Assembly: GCA_030141605.1 (NCBI GenBank)
Contig: JAQGDQ010000315.1
Location: 212,505-276,504, forward strand
Direction of reading: 5' to 3'
From: Tubiluchus corallicola
Taxonomy: Eukaryota; Animalia; Priapulida
Length of the DNA: 64,000 nucleotides
Shown: positions 52,652 through 64,000 of the stretch, piece by piece
Numbering within the stretch: the first letter of the stretch is position 1
How the letters are laid out: each line of letters begins with the position of its first letter
Notes under the pieces: model-generated
Told to the model about the DNA's origin: nothing
What the model saw: only the letters and a program-made list of their open reading frames with translations
The model's database searches: none
Program-made: the position numbers and the translations under genes

Positions 52652-53054
52652 AAGCCTGTTCACAGTTCTAGCGATTGCTAATTATCGGGAAAAGGTCAAA
52701 GGTTAAGTGTATCAGGCAACACCTTTGTGTACACATACATACACTTGGCAACGCCTCGCAGCTTATGCTATTGTAATACAACTAACAGTTTTAACAGCCA
52801 GCTAGAACCTTACCTAGTTCATTTTTTCTTGTTCCCAAGCAAGATTCTGCTAATAAAACACTCTACACACATATTAATGCATAATTAAGTAAAGTCCACG
52901 TACAACAACTGAAGTTACTGAACTGACGCGGCAGGCGGCTTTGCTTTACCCAACATGTCACGTGACGGTTGTAGTTAAGACGCGCTGCTGTGGTACACTT
53001 AACCTTTGAGCTACAGCAACTGCGCGTGCGCACAACGAAACTGTCAAAAGATTT
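52652..53054 (+). mobile_element. MITE family A copy 4
   Basis: AAGCCTGTTCACAGTT...AACTGTCAAAAGATTT; colinear with copy 1. Confidence 0.82.
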
Positions 53055-53447
53055 ATTACTTTTGAATATGTGAAACGATCTCCTTTTGCAAACCACGCAA
53101 ACCTTAACTTTCTAGTTACGAGAGTAATCTTAAAACTTTAGTGTCAGAAAACTGAACTTATAAAAGTTTATGGACGCACTACCTGCAAGAAATGTAGACC
53201 ACCCGACGTTTTAAAGCGCCATAATTTTCTTAACGAACGCTGAAGTCTTCGGTGGCAACGACAATAATTCGAAACGAATCAATAAAAGCTTTCTGAAAGA
53301 CCATAAAGCGACAAGATCAATGGTTATCGTATTTTTATTTTTATTTAACGTAATGGAATTGTTAAGGTGAGTAATAACACAGGACGTCTGTTCAAGTCAG
53401 AAGCTCTGTTGGTAAAGTTACTCTGACTGAGGTTGCGTCGATGTTAA

Positions 53448-54240
53448 AGGAAAAGAAGATGGTCTTTCACATCCTACCTGATTTTGAAGAACTGTAAAAA
53501 CTATACGTTGTAGCTGCTATTATAAAGCGAAAACGTTTCCGATAACTAACTAACAGGTTAAAAAGTTAATTAACAACATCACAACTGAACACAGCTTTCA
53601 ACAGGACAAACATAGCATAAGAGTGTTGCACGTGTCTGCGCAACTGTACGGCAAGGCAATCGACTGTTTAAAATATTGAAAGGAGACACTATTTTTCCAG
53701 AATGCCTTACATTAAAGAATTATTACCACACAAACACAATTTCACGTTCGCGCCACAAGTTCTTTGTTGTTACATGCATTTCGTCATTCACTAGTTAGAC
53801 GGGCACTAGCGCCTGCATTTCGGAAACGCATTGCACAAGAACGGGTGCTGTACTTCTCACTTCAGATACGTTAGTTTGTGACGAACTACACACGCTCGAC
53901 AGCTCATGCGTGAGCACAGCAGTAAATTTGAAATATGAATTTTCATCTTAAAACTTGCCTAGTTTTAGTACAACACTCTGAATATCTTACATTAGCACTG
54001 TACTTCAATTTTCGCTTTCGCAAACACGTGCAACACGCTCGCGGAATATTTTTGCTTTCAAAAATTATGTTAGTTTGTGATGTCATCAATAGTTGGGCTC
54101 GAACGCCGTTAATTAAGATTTTAATGTATTACTTAACTATCAGAAACGCTTTTGCAGTATTAATCGTGTTAAAATGTGTACTTTTTGTCGGACTGGAAAA
54201 TGGGAATGGGGTAGTATATGAAAAATCATCCCGTCTTCCT
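53448..54240 (-). mobile_element. Family B copy (minus, ~53665-54240) joined to a diverged plus-oriented family-B-like left end (53448-~53640)
   Basis: Ends CGTCTTCCT-TTAA at 54240; begins TTAA-AGGAAAAG at 53448. Confidence 0.7.
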
Positions 54241-54719
54241 TTAAGTGACGTGTTGCTTGACAAGGTAGTTTTTTATTACAGTTGTCCACTCTGAGTCTTC
54301 CTTCAGTTCATCAGTTGATCATAACTGCTTTCGTTCGTGGGTTTTGTTTTTAAAAGGGCAAATTTCCGCAAAATTGCAAACTTTAAATTGTTGTCAATTT
54401 GCTTTTCAGGGCAGCAAGTGCTTATAGATATGATCTTCTTCAATCGAATTATCTGAAACTTGAGGATTCAGTAGAACTCTCAAGAGCACAGAGTTGATGT
54501 AACAGTTTTCGTGAAACAGAATTTTACTTGTTTAACGTTCATAACAGAATTTATACTTGTTTAAAAAGAAAGCCTTTCGTCGAATGTTAATGTCATGCAT
54601 GTTCGGGAGTAAGTATTTTGGGTCCACTTGCCCTAAATAGGCAAGTTTGGGGCACACTGTTAGAGTGTGTGCCGTACATTGTAACATCAAATACCTCGTA
54701 ACTATGAAATTAGTAATGA

Positions 54720-55003
54720 TGTATGTTTATGTATGTATGCGTGTATGTATGCATGTATGTATGCATGCATGTATGCATGCATGTATGTATGTATGTATGT
54801 ATGTATGTATGTATGTATGTATGTATGTATGTATGTATGTATGTATGTATGTATGTATGTATGTATGTATGTATGTATGTATGTATGTATGTATGTATGT
54901 ATGTATGTATGTATGTATGTATGTATGTATGTATGTATGTATGTATGTATGTATGTATGTATGTATGTATGTATGTATGTATGTATGTATGTATGTATGT
55001 ATG
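54720..55003. repeat. (TATG)n microsatellite
   Basis: Direct reading. Confidence 0.98.
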
Positions 55004-56021
55004 CTGGCCCTGCCATTAAAACAAGGTTGATGTAAGTTAAGTAGTGCCACAGTCATTTCATTACCGAATACTTATGTCATGTACCCTTTCGTAAGTTACT
55101 TGATCACATCGCAGCTTTAGGGTTTATGGGATATATTCATCACGGTTTATTGGATCTTGACTCCAGATGAAGTTACTGAACCTCGAATCCATTTTGATGG
55201 TGTCTTGATTATGATGTAGTTATGCGTGCAGGGAATCGCGGAAGCAAATGTGAAATTAAATGTTAGCGTCAACAAGTCAGACAAGACGCGAGTCAAATGA
55301 ATGGGAAATGTTATGAACATTAGTCCGACAACGCGGCACCATCTTGTCACGTAAATACAATGTCGAATTTCTCTTAATTTGTGATGCACCAAACCGAATT
55401 TTGCTAAGTGAAATTTGGAACTGTGTAAATGACCCAAATGTGTGGCAACAGTTTATTTATTACACTAAACAAGTGATTAATAAATAAAGAACAAGCAAAG
55501 TAACAACAGTAAACAAATGACTGGTTTTACAGACAAAAGAAAAATAGACACAGACATACACAGCACTCACGCACGCATAAGCGTGCGCACGTAGCTGACA
55601 CAATTTCCTCTCACGCTTGAGTTAGCAGCTGGACTAATGTTGGCGCAAGCAATAATTTTCATTAGACAGACACTCACGGACACACGTTGTTTCAATAAAT
55701 ACATGTACTGAACTTATAATGATGTTCTTCAGACGTTTTACTATTTCTGTGCTACTTGTTCATGAAAGTTAAGATGGTCAGAAAAGTAACGAGATCCTCG
55801 CGTCTCAGAATAGAATAAAAATTATTTTTTTCCTTGGACAGGACACATAAAAACATGATGCATTCATGTTAATTTCATTGTGGTCCAAGTATTACAACTG
55901 AGCCTTGCGTTTCATCCCAAAAGTTTACTGTTTAAGCAGACGGACAGACAAACAACTAGAAAAGCAAGCAAACAGGCTAACAAGCAAGCAAACAAAGAAA
56001 TAAACTGCTTGGCTTCCCAGT

Positions 56022-56376
56022 AAGCCTTTTCAAAGTTTTGTTGTACGCACGCGCAGTTGCTGTAGGTCAAAGGTTAAGAATAAGGCATCAACGCGTCTTG
56101 ACTACAACCATCACGTGATATGTGGGCAAGGCAAAGCCGTCTGCCACGTTTGTTCTGTAAATTGAATTGTTTTACGTTGATTTTACTGAATTATGCATTC
56201 GTCTGTGTGTAGATTGATTTACTAGTAGGGTCTTGCTTGGGAACAACAAAAAATGAACTAAGTAAGGTTCTAGCTAGCTCTTAAAACTGTTGCTATTACA
56301 ACAGCATTGGCCGTGAGGCGTTGTCAAGTGTACACAAATGCATTGTCTGGTACACTTAACCTTTGACACTTTCACG
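56022..56376 (-). mobile_element. MITE family A copy 5 (reverse, one end truncated)
   Basis: AAGCCTTTTCAAAGTTTTGTTGTACGCACGCGCAGTTGCTGTAGGTCAAAGGTTAAG matches the reverse complement of the family A right end. Confidence 0.8.
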
Positions 56377-56944
56377 AGGCTAAAACAACATCATTTCTGT
56401 GATTCTCAGATCTAACGTTGAGCGCACAGAATGTGGGCGATGTAAATTCACACAGCTGTAAACCAAGAATGAAATCTTATGCGTACCTTTCCTGTGGGTG
56501 GAATATCTCTTTACAGTGTGATTGCTTGATTTTCCTGCGGACATCTCAAGGAGATGTTATCATCACTTTTTCATTCTCCGAGATTATGACGCGTACAAAT
56601 AACTTAGATTGCACAAATTATTATGATCTGGGATACAAATAAGCGGGGTGAGGGAAACTTCTTTTTCGAAGTAAATAAATTGTTATTTGTACTCCAAAAT
56701 AGTTGTATGGAAGTATTTAAATGAATAGTGTAAATTCGCTTCTGTAGCCCAATTGTTTAGAAATGTATGTAGTAAACCAGTCGAGTCACCTGTTAAATGC
56801 CTCACAATTGCTTAATGAACAGATTAGGTATAAAGAACTAGGCAGGAAATAGTTCTTCGGGAAAAACCTGATTGCCTTATAGTGATCGGGACAAGTCTTT
56901 CCCACTTAATAGACGCAGCTTACAATATTGTAGGTGTAGGGATA

Positions 56945-57024
56945 AGAGCATCCCATCTATATAGATGGATGTATATATATATATATATATATATATACAT
57001 CCATCTATATAGGTGGTATACTCT
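56945..57024. repeat. ~80-bp near-perfect palindrome with (TA)n centre
   Basis: CCATCTATATAGATGGATG(TA)nCATCCATCTATATAGGTGG; each arm is itself palindromic. Confidence 0.85.
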
Positions 57025-58914
57025 ATATATATGTACAATATGTTATGTGTTATGACGTTTACTAACTCTATTAATATGTCTACAGGAACTTGACTTTGTT
57101 GATTGTAATATTGTGGCGTTTACTAATATAATTACCGATAATGTTAAATAAGTACATCATGATGTTTTAACGAATTTGTTTATTGTTTTTATTCATGACT
57201 ACAAAGGAAATACAACGATGGATACTAATCACCAAATACTAATAATATACCTTTCGAAAACAAACTTTAGATAAAAATATTCGGTCTGATGCGTTAACTC
57301 TCACACATTTTAAGAGCAAACAAGGAATAACATTTTACAAGCGAAAAATGAAACCCTTTTTATTCTCGTTCTCGATACAGGAGTTAAGGAAACAGCTGTG
57401 GTACTGATGATAGGCACTTGGTTTTAATTATTATGATGACTTAAAACGAGTAAAATTATTTGCTTAAATTGGAACCAAAACAAAGCAAAGAACAAAAACT
57501 CTGGTGATTTAAAATTTTAAAAAATACTTACGTTACTGTGCAACTGTCATCGTACTGAAGTCTATAATGTTGCTAATGTCCGTCAAACAGACTCATTAAG
57601 ATCACAGTTAATTTTAATGTCTTGAAATAAATGGCAATTTTATTAAACACTAATAAACTAACCGACAATAACAGCCTTCACACTATCATAGCCATTCCGT
57701 CCTGCTTCACAACACTGAACTACCCGTTGGTGCAATCACACAACAATGCAGCATGTGCTGCCATCTATTAGTGGCAATGCATGCCTTACACCATCTATTA
57801 GCTAATAGTGATATTATCGTTGTGAAAGAACTTAGTGAGGTTCGATTACTTCGATTTCGCGTACTACGAAGAATTTTGGCTTATGTAGACTGTGTAGCAG
57901 TCAGCTGGCGTTTACGTAGAACGCGGATCCGTTTTGGGGAGGGGTGTGTAATAGATAAAACCGGTTTGTACTGTTTTCAATGCACCCGTTCATGCAGCCA
58001 GCGATGCGTTATTCTTTTTATGCAGCTATTTCCTATTGTTTTTTCAATAGCCTATTCCGCAGACTGTTTTGCGTTTAGAAAACGCATCCGCATCCGCATC
58101 CGCATGCAGCAAAAACGCCTCTTAAATCTAGACGTCTTCGCGGCTTTAAGCGGAAACACTCTAAACTTAACAACGTTTCATTTACTATTGGCCAGACACA
58201 CTTAATGGTATTGATCGAATTGCTTAGAGGAAGCTAGGCCTAGCTCTGCTAAATAGGTCCTTGTTCAAATCTTGACAGATGACAATGTCAATAATGCTTA
58301 ATCCCACACTTTTCACAAAATTGCCCGCTAAAAAGATTGCCACCATTGCAACAGCCTTTTGCTATGTTCTTTTTGATGCACACCAGAAAAAACAGGTTAT
58401 TACATGTTTTAGAAAACCAGAAACTTATTGGACCTCTTCAAAGGATTCAAACCTAGCATTTCCGCATGAATGGCCACTGTTTTAACAAGAAAGTGTCTAT
58501 AAAAAGTGAGAGATTTTAATGTTTAAGACCCAGAAATTTATTGTTTGCGTGATAGACTTAAAATGGAATGACTGGTGCTTGGAAAGGTTATGATCATTAA
58601 ACTAAATATCTAGATGAATTCTGCATTCTGTCATTCTAGCCACAATAGCCGACCACTGTAGTTTTATTAACAATATAACATATATGCATATAGAGGATAG
58701 ATTAATATTTAAGCAGTTTTATTTTATATACTGCAAATCTCCGATGCCGGGAAGGAAGCTTCACACATAATAAAAGTGCAAGCCAATTTTTAGCTGCGAG
58801 CGAAATAAAAGTAGAAGGCGTGAACATTTTTATTCTCCTCTGGGACTGGAACTCAAGTCGTCTGCTGTTGCGCTGCTACCTTAACCGCAACTGAACACAT
58901 CCGTTCATCAATAC

Positions 58915-59024
58915 ATCCATCCGTCCGTCCGTCCGTTCTTCCGTCCGTCCGTCCGTCCGTCCGTCCGTCCGTCCGTCCGTCCGTCCGTCCGTCCGTCCGT
59001 CCGTCCGTCCGTCCGTCCGTCCGT

Positions 59025-59056
<32 letters not shown>

Positions 59057-59260
59057 CAGTCAGTCAGTCAGTCAGTCAGTCAGTCAGTCAGTCAGTCAGT
59101 CAGTCAGTCAGTCAGTCAGTCAGTCAGTCAGTCAGTCTGTCTGTCTGTCAGTCTGTCAGTCAGTCAGTCAGTCAATCAATCAATCAATCATTCATTAATC
59201 AAAAAATCAATCAATCATTCAAACAATCAACCAATAAATCAATCAGTCGGTCAATCAATC
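58915..59260. repeat. (CCGT)n(CAGT)n(CAAT)n graded tetranucleotide microsatellite
   Basis: Direct reading. Confidence 0.96.
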
Positions 59261-59700
59261 AGTAAGTGTTTTTCTCAAAGTAATTTTCCCGTTGAATCAT
59301 TTTAAAGGCACGGGGTGTAAAAGCTTGCTACTGATAAGTGTAGATTGCAGCAAATATTTATCTAGGTTATTGTGACACCTGTGTATGAATTTAATGGCAG
59401 TTTCGAGTTTACGCAGAAATTTCTACCTAAATTTCACTGTACAATTACAATAGCCTCAGACGCAGACGTCTAAGCTCTTTAGGGACTACAGTTCAATTCT
59501 TTTAAAATATATAACTTCGGTTTACGTAGCATTTAAATTCTGTGGAAATTTCGACAGTTCTTTATAAATGTACCCCAGAGTATGTAACTCATAATGTACT
59601 CCAAGATAAATTTATAAATAATTTGGTTATTATGAAATTTGCAGATCATTATTTGGACAATATCACATGGTATACATAAGAATGGGGCAAACTTCCTTAA

Positions 59701-60611
59701 GGAATAATGTGTTAGGTTGACTGAATATCAGAATCTGTATCTGCGTATCAGTGACTGAATAACTAGACTAGATTGAGGAATAATGTGTTAGGTTGACTGA
59801 ATATCAGAATCTGTATCTGCGTATCAGTGACTGAGTAACTAGACTAGATTGAGGAATAATGTGTTAGGTTGACTGAATATCAGAATCTGTATCTGCGTAT
59901 CAGTGATTGAATAACTAGACTAGATTGAGGAATAATGTGTTAGGTTGACTGAATATCAGAATCTGTATCTGCGTATCAGTGACTGAGTAACTAGACTAGA
60001 TTGAGGAATAATGTGTTAGGTTGACTGAATATCAGAATCTGTATCTGCGTATCAGTGACTGAATAACTAGACTAGATTGAGGAATAATGTGTTAGGTTGA
60101 CTGAATATCAGAATCTGTATCTGCGTATCAGTGACTGAATAACTAGACTAGATTGAGGAATAATGTGTTAGGTTGACTGAATATCAGAATCTGTATCTGC
60201 GTATCAGTGACTGAGTAACTAGACTAGATTGAGGAATAATGTGTTAGGTTGACTGAATATCAGAATCTGTATCTGCGTATCAGTGATTGAATAACTAGAC
60301 TAGATTGAGGAATAATGTGTTAGGTTGACTGAATATCAGAATCTGTATCTGCGTATCAGTGACTGAGTAACTAGACTAGATTGAGGAATAATGTGTTAGG
60401 TTGACTGAATATCAGAATCTGTATCTGCGTATCAGTGACTGAATAACTAGACTAGATTGAGGAATAATGTGTTAGGTTGACTGAATATCAGAATCTGTAT
60501 CTGCGTATCAGTGACTGAATAACTAGACTAGATTGAGGAATAATGTGTTAGGTTGACTGAATATCAGAATCCGTATCTGCGTATCAGTGATTGAATAACT
60601 AGACTAGATTG
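59701..60611. repeat. 76-bp tandem repeat, 12 copies
   Basis: Units start at 59701, 59777, 59853 and so on; near identical. Confidence 0.98.
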
Positions 60612-61388
60612 TTCAGATTTCGCTGTTCATTTAATGATTATAATATTTGCAAATAGTAATCTCATAAGATTCACATTAAAATGTGTTAAATATATTGTAA
60701 ATTTTGGTTTTAAAAGTTGACATTTCACTCGTTCTTATAGGTAATACAAGTCTTGGCGTATACAAGCTATATTCGAATCTCTTGCAATAATTCAGAGAAT
60801 TTTTTCTAATAATTCGTTGCTCTAGTGGGCATTCATAAATTCTAAATAATTCATAAATTCACAACTGGTATTTGTATGAAAACGCTCTGATAGTTTTCCG
60901 CAAAACAAATACAATTTCTACAAATTAATCCGCGATGAAAGGAACGCACTATCAAGCAATGTGGTGGGCGAATTTTTGCGAAGTAAATTGTACGCTACAG
61001 CGAATCTGCTCGATCCCATTCCTGTTCATAGATCACACAAATTAGTACAAACCTCAAACTCACTTGCAATTGAAGACCTAGTTTAATGCATAGCCACACT
61101 TGAAAGGTTGCCATGTTTACTGTAAAGCTTACAAGGCTACCACATTCATCACGTAACGTTTCATCAATTCGCACAGAATAATATCAGGCATTTCATGTCC
61201 ACAGTTGTGCAGTGACTGAAGCATTTGGGCAACATTATTATGATTATCACAATAGTGCAATTCTGCAATTCTGAATAGGGAGTTTTAGTTAAAATTTATC
61301 TACAGTTAGGCTGGAGCCAAGATGATAAATTTGCAAGATTCACTTGAGAGCCTTTGAGCTGTTTTGTAAAACAAAACGCTGTACTTAA

Positions 61389-61983
61389 AGCAAGACAGGA
61401 TGATTTTTCATATACTACCTCATTTTCAAGTCCGATGAAAAGTAAACATTTTGACACCATTAATACTGCAAAAGCGTTTCTGATAATTAAATAATAGATT
61501 TAAATCTTAATTAACGGCGCGCGAGCCCAACTATTGACGACATCACAAATTAACATAATTTTCAACATCGAAAACGCTCCACGAGCGTGTCGCACGTGTT
61601 TGTGAAAGTGAAAATTGAAGTACAATGCTACTGTAAGATATTCACTGTGTTGTACTAAAACTAGGCAAGTTTAAGATAAAAATTCAAATTTCAAATTTAC
61701 CGCTGCACTCACGCATGAGCTGCGGAACGTGTGCAGTTCGTCACAAACTAATACATCTGAACTAAGAGGTACCACACCTCTTTGTTTTTTGTGCAGTACG
61801 TTTCTGAAATGCAGTTGCTAGTGCCCGTCTAACTAACGAACATCGAAATGCTTGTAACAGTGAAGAACTAATAGCGCGAACGTGAAACTGTGTTTTTGTG
61901 AAATAAAAATAGTATGCTTCCTTTCAATCTTTTAAATGGTAGATTGTTTTGACCTACAGTTTAAGATTGGGCACGATTTTGGT
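61389..61983 (+). mobile_element. Kolobok-like family B copy
   Basis: TTAA-AGCAAGACAGGATG...GATTTTGGT-TTAA; colinear with 49653-50268. Confidence 0.8.
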
Positions 61984-62246
61984 TTAAAGCTTACCCTCAG
62001 TAATTTAAGCTTTGCTTTATTTTCTAAGATTCACTTTGTTTTGCTGCTCGGGTTTTTCTTTACAATACTGGGCGTATTCAGTCAAGGTGTAGCAGAAATG
62101 CAAAATATGAATTACGAAATTCTTCGACGATGAAATGTTCTCATAAATATTCTCTTGAGTCTAGGCTTGTCATTCGTACGCCCGTAAAATCTGCATTTTC
62201 ACGATTATGTTAGAAAATATTTTTCGTTTTCGCATCTTAGTACATT

Positions 62247-64000
62247 TGCAGAAATTTACGATGCAACTACATTGCCATGTGACGAGATTACGACTTGCAG
62301 ACACGAAATACATTTTTTACGGAATAAGAAAAAATAACCAGCTAGTCAGAATGATTTTAGTTAGTTCAGTTGCAGAAATTTTGTACCAGATAACCCAGTG
62401 ATATAATGCTCTTTGCTGCAATACATATTTTGGTTGGTTCCTATTTTGAGCGAGCATCCTGCTGTGTCAGGTTCTACGAGTGCCAGAGCAAAATCAAGGT
62501 AATATCGAGCTTCTGTTACTGACAAGTAATTCCTAATTACAAACTTGTACCATTTATTAAAAAAACTCACAAACAGGAAATGATGTTTCAGATTATCTTC
62601 AGATGAAAAATAACAAAAAGGCACAATAAACTACAAATACGTGTACGTTGCCTTTAATTTTTGCCATCGTGCTTGTGGTCTTATTGCAAAGTTTCTCGTT
62701 TTGTACTGTAGATGGTATTTTAATATTAAGTTAACATAAACACAAAAATGCCATTCATGTTCAGATATGCAGTGCATTCTCTAAGTCGTATATGCATTTA
62801 TTTTGGCCTTGCCACCTACATGCTTCCTTTACAAATTTGGCCTCACAGGCCTAAACATGTAATCCTGCATTAAGCCTATAATCCGAATCACATTTATTCC
62901 TATAATTAGCGTCGCAGTATTATTTGTAAACAAATGTAAGATCTAGTCAAAAATAAGCTCAGAACATTTGTAAGCATATTTAGAAAAATTGAATTATCCA
63001 TATTTGGCAAATAAATGTAACTACACTTCAAGATGGAATTTATTACCGAGCAGTTTCAAACAAACTGTTCATTACCAAAGCATCTAAAACAAAGAAATTT
63101 ACCAGAATTTAGAAACAACATCGAAATAAATACAGTAGTTAGATAGCCAAAACATATATGATATAACATTATATAGATAATTTAACAATTTACCTTACAG
63201 GTGCCATACCTTGATATTATGTATAGAAATATAGAAATATATGTATATAGAAATATAATTTAATTAATAATTAAGGACGGAAAAGTAAACAGGGCTTTTA
63301 CGGAATTTTTCAGCTTCGAAAGTTTTGCATGTAGATATGCCAACTTTTATTCAACGGTATGGAAACTGTACAATTTTTCTTACGTTTTTGATGTCAAACT
63401 TCCATTGTTGCGAAACAAGATTATTGCAAATACTTATAAGTGAAACGGAAACAGGAGAATTATTTCTTTGTTTTAGTAGCACACAGAGTCGAACCAAGGT
63501 CTTCCGATTAGCTGTGCCAACCACTCCACCGGAGAGGAATTTCAAAGGTGAAATTCTGTAGGCTATAGACAAAAGCACGATGGCAAAAATTAAAGGCAAC
63601 GTACACGTATTTGTAGTTTATTGTGCCTTTTTGTTATTTTTCATCTGAAGATAATCTGAAACATCATTTCCTGTTTGTGAGTTTTTTTAATAAATGGTAC
63701 AAGTTTGTAATTAGGAATTACTTGTCAGTAACAGAAGCTCGATATTACCTTGATTTTGCTCTGGCACTCGTAGAACCTGACACAGCAGGATGCTCGCTCA
63801 AAATAGGAACCAACCAAAATATGTATTGCAGCAAAGAGCATTATATCACTGGGTTATCTGGTACAAAATTTCTGCAACTGAACTAACTAAAATCATTCTG
63901 ACTAGCTGGTTATTTTTTCTTATTCCGTAAAAAATGTATTTCGTGTCTGCAAGTCGTAATCTCGTCACATGGCAATGTAGTTGCATCGTAAATTTCTGCA
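62247..64000. repeat. Long inverted repeat, arms 62247-62674 and 63573-64000 (at least 428 bp; runs off the window)
   Basis: Arms read as exact reverse complements; the ORF track gives an identical 87-aa translation in both. Confidence 0.95.
62989..63200 (-). mobile_element. Third, more decayed copy of the hammerhead-bearing Penelope-like repeat
   Basis: Colinear with 40265-40474; motif degraded to UGC-UUUGGUAAUGAACAGUUUGUUUGAAACUGCUCGGUAAUAAA. Confidence 0.75.

Noticed and set aside
57870-58150. Possible Harbinger-type MITE with GCATCC repeats
   Set aside because: Could not define convincing TIRs or a TSD.
59701-60611. Possible CRISPR array
   Set aside because: Units are near identical throughout; no spacers.
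62361-63886. Duplicated 87-aa ORF as a gene pair
   Set aside because: Identity follows from the inverted repeat; non-ATG start and no recognisable domain.

Overview
AT-rich, repeat-dominated eukaryotic (probably invertebrate animal) DNA that looks intronic or intergenic, with one N gap (30280-30557). I recognise no intact host protein-coding gene. Almost all long ORFs in the track are read-throughs of micro- or minisatellites, and the only recognisable proteins are fragments of non-LTR retrotransposon reverse transcriptases (RTE, RTE-X-like, CR1/L2-group, I/R1/Loa-group). The window holds four large minisatellite arrays (33, 25, 51 and 76 bp units), many microsatellites, and several non-autonomous DNA-transposon families (hAT-type, AT-TSD PIF/ISL2EU-like, TTAA Kolobok-like). 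The most notable signals are RNA-structural. (1) A 415-bp internally deleted RTE element with a perfect 17-bp target-site duplication whose 5' end falls exactly on the cleavage site of a twister ribozyme. (2) Two unrelated families of short divergent inverted repeats whose arms end in minimal type I hammerhead motifs plus AATAAA, including a U3:A8 core variant (Penelope-like architecture). (3) A perfect 67-bp snap-back duplication at a LINE 5' truncation. (4) A decayed Cys-x2-His peptide repeat with signs of past coding constraint. (5) Several polypyrimidine-AG|GT sites resembling recursive splice sites. All calls were made by eye; no searches were run.
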